The notes under the pieces are model-generated. The model was given only the letters and a program-made list of their open reading frames with translations. It did not search any database and was not told the DNA's origin. DNA of 63,915 nucleotides, counting the filler, from Reticulomyxa filosa (lineage: Eukaryota; Protista; Foraminifera): NCBI GenBank assembly GCA_000512085.1. It is 12 parts of 12 records of this genome, joined end to end, with 100 filler letters (N's around TTAATTAATTAA, not from the genome) between each part and the next. Parts side by side here need not be neighbours in the genome. Positions count along the whole stretch, not along the records: positions 1 to 16,061 come from ASPP01023902.1; 11 more parts are not named here. The stretch is one strand, 5' to 3'. A program made the translations under genes and the position numbers. This document shows positions 1 to 10,506 of this stretch, piece after piece (the stretch's first letter is position 1; each line of letters begins with the position of its first letter).

Positions 1-1448
1 TGGCCGAGTTTCGTAACGTTTCCTTGGAAGGCCATTTCAAATTACACAAACTGAAATGGCTGGAAATACAATATGCCACTCTGCTGAGCACGGACTCGGC
101 AGAGGGATTGGAGAGCTTATGCGATTTGCCCGAACTGAGAGGGATGAAGTTTGAAGGGAGTGCATTGCCTCGTTTGCCCAATTGCCATGACAAAACGCAT
201 TTGCAACAGCTACAAACGCTGTATGTTGATGGAATGGTACGACTTAAAACTATTCCTGATTGGGTGTTCCAACTCCCAAAAATTGAACGCGTGTTTGCGT
301 TTTTGTCTCAAGTTAATATCTCTGGGTTCCCTAATTTGACTCAAGGATGGAGCTCGTCTTTGCAAGTGGTCGATTTGGAGCTCAATCCTCTATGCAACCA
401 GCCCCTGGAAATGAACTCCCAACAGCGTGAGTTCATTCAATACTACAAATCCTGTCAGGGCCCTTGCAGTGGCAATTTCTCACTCAAATGCGTGGCCTAC
501 GATTGGGGAGATGGGTATATATATATATATATATGTGACGTTTGTGTCTACGTGTGTGTATATATTGTTTTTTTTTTTTTTTTTTAGAAAGTAATAGAAA
601 TGAATTGATTCACATTTGAATTCCAAAAAAAAAAAAAAAAAAAAAAGAAGTTTGTGATACGAAATGCAATTCCAAAATTTGTGGTTTTGACAATGGTAAT
701 TTGTACTGCTTTTCACACATACACACACACACACAAAACAACTTTTTAAAATTAACATGAAGGTCATCCATCATCTTTTAGATAACACTAATAACAATAA
801 TTTAAAAAATAGGTGATTGCAATATGTTGTGCACGTGTGACATTGCGAAATGGGGGGATGGAAAGTGTGACGAGGATTGCAATAATTGGCAATGCGATTA
901 CGACAAGGGGGATTGTTTGAATAAGACAAGCAACAATATGTTACCTTGCGGTACCAGCGGATGTATTTATGGATGGATTAATGACGGTTGGTGCGATACC
1001 AGTTGTCAATCCGAGTCCAATTGCACTTTTGATAGTGTTGATTGTAGTACTTGCGCCGAAAATTGTGCAGAAGCTTGGGTAAGTCAATCCAATGTTTGCG
1101 TCAATTTGTTGTATCCAATGAATACACACACACACACACAACTACTATTTTACACACATACACTACATACGAAAGAATCTCATTATTAATACGGTGGCCT
1201 CCCAAACGCCTCCTGAAGAACTGATTACACTAAATGAAATACAAAATTATTGGGTTTATATTTCCAGCTTTAGCTCCAAATATCCCAACGCATCCGTGTT
1301 ATTTGCCACCTCTGATTTAAACCATGACGGGTATTTGTCGATGTACGAAGCAAACATTGTGATGGACGACTTTTTCGAAATTTCTTATGCAAAAGCCATT
1401 CAATTGAACTGTAGCATGTGTTTGGCTACTCCTTCGCTATATTATTAA
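1..1448 (+). CDS. LRR + three LNR (Lin-12/Notch-type) repeats + EF-hand protein, 5'-truncated, 4 exons visible (<1-514, ~648-695, 813-1078, 1176-1448)
   Basis: LRR-like segments (LQQLQTLYVD, IPDWVFQLPKIERV, LQVVDLELNPL). LNR motifs WGDG..CDTKCNSKICGFDNGDC, WGDGKCDEDCNNWQCDYDKGDC and WINDGWCDTSCQSESNCTFDSVDC. Canonical EF-hand loop DLNHDGYLSMYE. GT..AG junctions 696/812 and 1079/1175 keep frame; the first junction (515/647) is off by one nt. Confidence 0.75.
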
Positions 1449-1964
1449 ACGAACAACATATTTCTTTCTCACTTTTTTTTAACGGGTTGTATCTCTTGTA
1501 AATTCTTTGGTTGTTTCATGTGTGTTTTCTTTCCATTTTAGAGAATGCAACAGAACAAAATTACAGAAAAGTATTTCAAATTAATATGCAATTTTTGCAA
1601 CTTTGATTCATTTCAACAAACATCAAATTTATCTGCTTATCTTGTATGTTATTTTTTAATTGGTATTTTATTTTTATTGAAAAATCAAAATCACTCATTT
1701 TGTCCAGCAAAATGATAGTAAGCATATTTCGTAATGATATATTTAATAAAAAAAAAAAGAGCGACTTTATCGGGCCGTTCCCCCTTGGCCCAGGCCAGAC
1801 AGTTATCCTGGCAAGAGTCTGATGACACAGCAACTTTTTTGATACTATCAAACGCCACTATAACATTAATATTTTCAGTTTTTAGTTTTTTGGAGGGAAG
1901 CTCAAGTTTCTCTTCAGGGGGGGGACAGGAATAAATCTTTGATCAATAACTGGAATTCTTAGTA

Positions 1965-3670
1965 ATGTATAGTTTCAAAAGTGTGAGTAGAGTTTGTTCA
2001 GTTTCCATTTCAGCATCTCGTCACTTTTCTTCACATAAAGGCAAGCTTCGCAATGTGATAACAGTTGACAATCCATATACAGGAGCGGTTCACTGTGAAG
2101 TTCCACAGTCGTCGTTGGAGGACTCAGTGAAGCTGCTCTCATTGTGCGACAAAGCACAAAAGGAGTACTGGGGAGAAACGAGGTCATCGGTGATGTCAAG
2201 ACAATCCACAGTGGTGGACTACATACAAAGTCTGAAAGGAATGGAGACTGATTTTGTGAAGGAGATAACGGAGAGTATGGGCAAGCCATTGCACCAAGCG
2301 ATCAACGAATTCAACACCATGATCGAAAGAGCAGAGGCGCTACTGGACATGTCTAGTGTTGCATTGGATGACGAACAGCTGTCGTCAGAGCCCAACATGA
2401 AACGAATACTCCGCAAAGAGGCACTCGGCACCGTCTTGATCATTGCCCCATGGAATTATCCGTTGCTATGCTCCATCAACTCCATCATCCCAGCAATACT
2501 CGCAGGCAATAGCATCCTCTTTAAAATGTCCAGTCGCACGCCCATCATCTCTGAGCTCTTTGCTAAGGCCACCCAAGACCTAGACTTGCCCAAACATTTC
2601 ATTACGCCAATCCATTGCGATCACGACGTCACCAGTGCTGTTGAGTACTCACGAATTTTTAAGAAATTTCTGGCACTTTTGTACATATATATATACTTAT
2701 ATGTATATCCTTGTGTATAATCTGATTGTTCTCTTGGTGTAAGCAAGTTGATCAAAGATCCGAAAGTTGGATTTGTGGTGTTCACTGGGTCGGTCGCTGG
2801 AGGCAAACAAATCCAATCGGCGGTCTCGACGAGGTTTATTAACTGCACTTTGGAATTAGGAGGGAAGGACCCTGCTTACGTTTGCGACGACAGCGACATT
2901 GAGAAAAGCGCGTTCACCATTGTCGATGGCGCCGTGTACAACGCCGGCCAGTCTTGCTGCGCCGTCGAGCGCTGCTACGTTCATGAAAAAGTGGCCAAGA
3001 AATTTCTAGAGTGTTGTGTGGAAAACTTCAAGCTCTTGAAACTGGGGGATCCTAATGACGAAAGTACCACTGTCGGACCAATGGCGACACCATCTGCACC
3101 ACAATTTTTGCAATCACAAGTGCGTATATATAAATATAAATATAAATATATACATATATGTGTGTATATGTCCATATGTGATCAACTGCATTGGTAATGA
3201 GAGAAAGAGAGCAAGGGGGAATATTACAATAGGTAGAGGATGCAGTTTCGAAAGGAGCCAAAGTACTATTCGGAAGTGGAAAACCGTGCAAGGACGCGGC
3301 AAAAAAAGGACGGTTTTTTAGCCCGACATTACTGACCAATTGTGATCATTCGATGGAGATCATGCGTGAAGAGTCGTTTGGTCCTGTCCTGCCTGTTTGT
3401 GTTGTCAAGTCGGACGAGGAGGCCGTCAAGTTAATGAATGACAGCAAGTATGGCCTCACTGCTTCCATTTATACTAGTGATGAAGGTAGAGCCGATCATC
3501 TGTCTCGCCAAATTGAAACTGGCACCGTCTTTATGAACAGATGCGATTATTTGGACCCATATCTGGCTTGGACTGGTGTCAAAGACACTGGAAGAGGAGT
3601 GTCCTTGAGCAGCCATTGTTTTGAGTACTTCACCAAATTAAAATCACTTAATTTTAAGGTCAAATGGTAA
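1965..3670 (+). CDS. NAD(P)-dependent aldehyde dehydrogenase, 3 exons (1965-2639, 2748-3119, 3233-3670), probable mitochondrial presequence
   Basis: Motifs PWNYP, FTGS, catalytic LELGGK, catalytic-Cys motif YNAGQSCC, EESFGP and YGLTASI. Both GT-AG introns splice in frame. The N-terminus is Ser/Arg-rich with no acidic residues. Confidence 0.95.
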
Positions 3671-4411
3671 TATTTTTTTCCTTTTTAATATGTTTTATAA
3701 TAATTTTTTTTCTCTCATCACCATTTCCTCTACTCATCCTTTAAATCAATTTAAAAGAGTTAAATGTACCGTAATTTTCCTATTCACTGCTTTTGTTAAG
3801 TTAAAAAAAAGGTCTCTTGTAATCAGCGAATCCAAATTTTGTGTTATCAAACACTATATCAGTCTGTCAACTTTGATCAAAAGAGTAAGTAGTTTTTGGA
3901 ATATGTGCGATAAAAGTTATTAAAACAATTGAATGACAGAAACAAATGTGTAATTAATGAACAAAGCGTATGAAATGAGTAATTTAAAAATGGTAATATA
4001 AATTATATTGTTGCTTTTTTAATTGCAAAAAGCTACGAAAAATATTAATTATTTGTCGTTGAACAATTGTTTATTTGCTCATTTTGGAAGGAAATAGTAT
4101 GGCAATAATAAAAATGGAATACATTTTCTTTAATTGAAAAGTAAATGAACATGATATAATAAAAACGTATCTGGTTGGATAGTTTATTGCTGACTTTTTA
4201 GTAAAAATTTATCCAAGGAAGTGCTGTTTTTTTCAATTAATTTTTTACAAACGAACAAAAAAATCAAAATTTTCCACCACGTTGTTCCACAAGCAATTTC
4301 TGTTGTGATGTTAAACCGTTTGTGTCCTGCCACGTACTTTCTTTCATTGATAAACCACCACTTGGAACACCCGTTTGCCAAATACATTTCATCAAATTAG
4401 TTTCAGTTCTA

Positions 4412-7400
4412 TCAATGCCCCATTAATCGAATTGTCCTATCAAATGAGCATGATACAATTTTGGAGTTATCTGGAGAAAATTGTGCATCAGTTATACCAC
4501 CAATATGTCCTTCTAATATTTGAATTTGATTTCCTGAAGATACATCCCATATTCGAATAGTTTTGTCTTGTGAAAAAGATATAATTTTGAATCCATCTGA
4601 TGAAAATAGTGCTTTTTCTATATAATTAGAATGTCCTTCTAGCACTTGAAGTTGTTTACCAGACAAGGTATCCCACAATCGAATCGTATTGTCCAGTGAA
4701 TGTGATACAATTTTAGTACTATCTGGCGAAAATTGAATTCCATCAATACTTTCAGAATGCTTTTCTAATAAAAAAATTTGCTTTCCAGATGATACGTCCC
4801 ATAATCGAATCGTTTTATCTCCTGAACAAGATACAATTGTAGATCCATTTGGTGAAAATAATACATTGTTGATATCTTTAAGATGTCCTCTAAATAATTG
4901 AAGCTGATTTCCAGAAATGGCATCCCATAGTCTAACCGTTCTATCAAATGAGCATGATACAATTCTGGAGCCATTTGATGAAAAGTGAGCCTTTTTGACG
5001 GAGTCTGAATGTCCACGCAATAATAGAATCTGTCTTCCTGATAATGCATCCCATATTCGAATAGACCTATCAGCTGAACATGACAATACTTTTTGATCAT
5101 CTGGTGAAAATTGCACAGAATTTATAAAATCTGTATGTCCTTCTAATATTTGAAGTAGTTTTCCAGATGATACCTCCCATATTTGAACTATATTATCCAA
5201 ATACGCATTGGTTAAAATTTTCGAACCATCAGATGAAAATTTTATTCCACGTGCACCGCTGGAATGACCTTCGAACACATGAATTTGTTTCCCTGATTGT
5301 ACATCCCATAATCGAAGTGTTTTATCTAATGAACATGACACAATTTTAGATCCGTCTGGTGAAAATTGTACTTCTGTCACAGAATCAAAATGCCCTTCCG
5401 TTAACTGGATTTTCCTTTGTAAAGCTATGTCCCATATTCGAATAGTGCCATCCCATGAGCACGATACAATTTTGGGATCTTTTGGAAAAAATTCTACTCC
5501 AGTTACACGACGTAAATGTCCATCTATTATTTGAAGTTGTTTTCCGGATGATACGTCCCATATTCGGATTGTTTTATCCTCTGAACCAGATACAATTTGA
5601 GAACTATCGAATGAAAATTTGGCTGTTTCTACACTATTTGCATGCCCTTCCAACATTTGAATTTGTTCTCCAGATAGTGCATTCCATAATCGAATTGTTT
5701 TATCTTGTGAATATGATAGAATGATCGAATTATCTGATGAGAATTGAATACCATTTATGGCACCACTATGTCCTTCAAATATTTGAATTTGCTGAGCTGA
5801 AGATGAATCCCATATTCGAATAGTTTTATCATTTGAACATGATATAACCTTTGATCCATTTGACAAAAATTGTACTTTTGTTACACGTTCGGAATGTCCT
5901 TCCAATACTTGAAGTTGTTCTCCAGATAATACATCCCATATTCGAATTGTTTCATCGTCTGAACATGATACAACTTTTGTACCATCCGGTGAAAATTGCA
6001 CTGCATTTACCCAATCAGAATGCCCTTGTAATAATTGAGTACGTTCTCCAGATGATATATCCCATATTCGAATTGCATTATCTTCTGAACATGATACAAC
6101 CTTTGATCCGTCTGGTGAAAATTGTGCTGCATTTACATCATCTGCGTCATCTTCTAATATTTGAATTTGTTTACCTGATAGCACATCCCATAGACGAACT
6201 GTTTCGTCTCTTGAACAAGAAACAATTGTTAAACCATCTGGCGAAAATTGTGCTGAATTCACAATATCTGAATGTCCTTTCAGCAATTGTAATTGTTTCC
6301 CTGATAATACGTCCCATATTCTAACTGTTTTGTCATTTGAATATGATATTATTTTCGTTCCATCTGGTGAAAGTTGGATACCATTTACTTCTTCTGAATG
6401 TCCTTCCAAATGTGCATATTCACCAAAGTAAATATTATTCATTGATGCATTTGTAAAATTGGCTTTGTTTAAAAATGATTGATAGAGACTAACATGATCC
6501 AAATTGGCATGTTTAAAATTCGTTCCTTCAAGAAATGCTTGATCTAAAATTGCATGAGGTATTTTAATATTTTCCCAGTTTCGATAATGCATATTCACAT
6601 TTGCTGAGTTGAGTATAGTGACAGCATTTGCAGCTGCGACGCTAATGTGTTCATTTGTTTTGGATGACTCAATAATTCGAAACAATCTTGATTTAAGATT
6701 TATAAATATTGGATTGATATCATGTATTCTTTCTGCAATAAATTGAATAATCCCCAATTCTTCATTTAATAATTTGCAATTGATAAATAATTTTGGAACA
6801 CGAGTTTCAAATTGTTGCTGAAATCGTTCATTATTCATGTCAACATCAATAGTATTAGGTTTCCATAAAAGGATGTCAAAGATGATTTTTTGTGCAGTGT
6901 AATATTCTTGACAAGATTTATGCAAAAACTGATATTTATTGTCACAAATCCTTCTCAATACATATTTAGCAATACTATCACCATTAAAATATTTTCCCCA
7001 AACATCTTGCGTTTTTACACTTGTTATATCATCTTCATTCATTATTTTCATGTCCACTTTTTCATCCATATGTTTAATCTCTATTTCAACATTTGGATCC
7101 AATTTTTTAAAAGTGGCCTTGTTTATATATTCCATTTGATCATCATTTTCTGTTGCAACTTGATTTCCTTGCATAAACATTTCAAATCCCAAATCTTGAC
7201 AATATTGTTGAAATGCAAATTTTATTTTGTCGGAATTGGTTTGGATCCTTAATTCCGACAATTTATTTGAAACACTATTCACATGAACGTCAATCCATTG
7301 ATCATTGAATGCTTCATATACTTGTGATTTTGATATTTTTGTTCCAATTGGATGTTGTTTGATTAATGAAGGCAATACTGTTAATATCATTCGAAGTAAA

Positions 7401-10053
7401 AATGGCTCTTCCATCATTTTATTTAAATTTGGATAACTCTTTAATGTATCTGCATATTGTTGGATTGTCCAATCCAAATTTTCATGCATTTTATTTTTTC
7501 TGTTTATTTTTACAAATTTGTCAATATATCCATTCATTTGTGCCTTTGAAAAAGGCCACAAATATATCATCGATGTTGTGTTGTTTGAGTTAATTAAAAC
7601 ATGTTTAATATCTTCATCACTTAATGAATGACTTCGACAACTCACAATATATTCTGCATTCCATTCATTTAAATTGAAACGATTATAAAAATATCTTTCA
7701 TTATCAGCATTTTTATCATATTTGTCAAATATTTCATCAAACCCATCCAAAATAAATACAAATGAAATATTTTCACGAATAACATCAATTATTTCCTTAT
7801 TAATCCGTTTCATTTGTAAAGCTTGTGAAATGATTTGTTTTTCATTGAATTCATTATAACATTTTGATAATGAGATATAAATTGGAACCGAGGTTATCAA
7901 ACCATTCGAATATGTTTCCCACAACGTCTCTTCTAAATGACGACAAAACAAACTTTTCCCTGATCCGGATTTTCCTTGCAGTATCATTACGTGTTTTTTG
8001 TTTTGTGGCTCACCTTTTTTTTCTTCTTTTTCTTTTGATAATAAATCAATTACATGTTGATAGCAATCATACGCATCATTTTGTTTGTTATCATCATTAT
8101 CTGTGTAGGGATAATTATTTGCTTGCAATGGAATATATGTTTCAAGGGCTTGTAATGTAGCTGTATCCTCTTCTAGTTCTTGTCTCCTTGATTCTTTTAA
8201 TATCGATACAACATCAGCACAACTTGCTGGATTCATTTCACCCATAATATGTTTCTTGAAATATTCAAATAAGATCACATAAATAGCTTGCCCCTTCATT
8301 TCCTTCGGATTGAATTTACACAATTGATAATATACAAATTTGGTTAATTTTAATGAAGTATCCTTTTTGGAATTGATTTGTTCTTCATTTATTCCCTTTA
8401 ATTGTGGAGGTTTCAATATCCGCATCTCTGAGTGTGGTTTGTAACGATTGGATATTTTTTTAATTTCCTTTGTATCAATCCATTCACAAATTACATCATT
8501 CATTTTAGCTAAGGTTTGATTACTTGCTTGTTTAAGCTCTTCTTCTTCTAAATTATTTGATTTCCATGCCCGAACTATTTCATAAAAATTATGACTTAAT
8601 TTTGGATTTTCAATTGCAGTGTGTCCTTCTAATGTTGTGAAATGCTTCAATGTTGCTTGCATCTCAATATATACGTCATGTTTTGGAACATACAATTTAA
8701 TATTATGAAAACGATGATGGGTCTTTGATTGCCTATTGAAGAAGTCTTTATCTTCAGATACAATCAAATTGAATTGCTCAGCCTTCTTCATTACTGCAAC
8801 TGCAGTTTGTAATTTAGTAGGGTTATCGCATAGAATTGTGAATCTTCCAATATCAAATGCTTGATTAAAATCACCACCATAATCTGACTGAATTTTTTCC
8901 AATAATCTGTCATTTCCTTTCAAACTTGATGGTTTCACTACTTTGATTTCATATTTTTGCAATTCTGTCACCAAATTGTTAATTTCAACACTGTTCATTG
9001 CATTTTCATTCCTTTCTCTTAGGTCTTCAATACTTTTTGCATGTTGTCGAATTTTATTTGCTTTTAATTCATATGATACCCCAGATTGAATTGGATAGAT
9101 AGATTGATAATTGTTATCTTTCACAGATATCAAATTATCACTTGCACAAATGGAATACTCTGAATTGTAAAACATTACTTTAGCAATAGATGTAACAGTT
9201 AATTTTTCACAATCAGGACAATAAAAGGAATTCTTATCTGAAATGAGCGAGATGGTACCAAATCCAATGTTAGCCCACACTAATAATTTTGCTTTAGATG
9301 CCAAACAAGTTTCATTGATGCAACATCCTTGCAAATTTATTCCCGGCTCTATTTCTCCAATTTCTGTTTTTTCTGTTTCTTTTTGTACATTTTTGATTTT
9401 ATTCTCTTCATTTCTTTGTTGTTGCTTCTATTTATTGCACAAACAAATCTATTACCATGGAAAAAAACATGAAATAGCTTGTTTACCTGTTCTGTTTTGT
9501 CCGGCTCATTCTCTTTGTTTTCAGTCTCTATTTCATCCTGTTTTTTTTTTAAATTGTAAAAAAAAAAAAAAAAAGCAAAACACAAAATAGTTGACCGATA
9601 ATTTCTGTAACTTGTTTTTCAACAGATTGTTGAATGAGATCTTTTATTATTAGTTCGATATTTCCATTGTGATGTTGTATTTTCTGATGTAATTCTTCTT
9701 TGTTGGTTATATCACCAAATAATCGAAGCAATGTCTTCATTTCTTTTGCGTACTTTCGAGTTTCTTCACCACCAATATCATTGTTTTGCATTCCTCCATT
9801 GCATTTCATGGAATCTATTCAATATAATCGTGTGTGTGTCTGTCCCCATTATCAAAAAAATATTAATTTTCATTCATGTCGTAACTGTTACGTATACATA
9901 TTAATGATGATTGCATTAACCCATCATTTGTCATCGATTGTATCGCTGCAGGGTAATCATCAATTAACTTGTTTCCATTGCAAATGAAACCGATCTCAAA
10001 TTGGTTCGACTCGTATCTCTTTACAAAGTCAATACATCGTCCTACACACAAGC
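4412..10053 (-). CDS. NLR-like STAND protein: Ubl - CUE-like - Cys-rich Zn domain - RelA/SpoT-like nucleotidyltransferase - NACHT - pentapeptide repeats - 16 WD40. Predicted exons ~10053-9898, 9814-9612, 9537-9487, 9427-4412 (start codon possibly near 10129)
   Basis: The 1640-aa ORF is open upstream to an AG acceptor at 9428-9429. Walker A ILQGKSGSGKS (~7952-7984), Walker B FVFILDGFDE (~7735-7765), FLHKSCQEY winged-helix motif, AAANAVTILN followed by pentapeptide repeats (~6420-6560), and 16 GH..WD repeats of ~126 bp. Upstream GT-AG introns join in frame. The NACHT-WD40 call is high confidence; the N-terminal exon model is moderate. Confidence 0.88.
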
Positions 10054-10506
10054 CTGTTTTTTTATAGAAAAAACTCTATGTAGATGTACGAAACAAAAAA
10101 CTTGTTCGCCACACCTTAACAGAAGACATAGGAGGAAAAAAAAACATTTCCTACCGAATTGCATCTTAAAAAAGCAAAAGATTCAGGTATAAGGATTACT
10201 CGAATGATAACCTTTATGACAAAGAAAACGTTACTAGTTTTTTTTAAAGAGAAAGGAGCACGAAACGCAGACTGCTGACTTGCCGTATTTTGAAATTTCA
10301 AAAATATTAAGTAAACAAATACCTTTCAAAGCATTTTATAAAATAAATTGCGTTGTTAAAATGAAAATTTTTCAAATAAATAAATTTAGTTATTTCTTCT
10401 TTTTTTGTTCAAATGTTAAACTTTCAACTATCCCCACAATTGAATGTGACCTCTTCCTGTTCCATAACATAAGGTATTTGTAGTACAGCCACCATTGAGA
10501 TTACTA

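Noticed and set aside
4765-8160. Numerous plus-strand and alternate-frame ORFs over the NLR gene
   Set aside because: These are shadow ORFs of the repetitive WD40/NACHT coding sequence, with no independent motifs.
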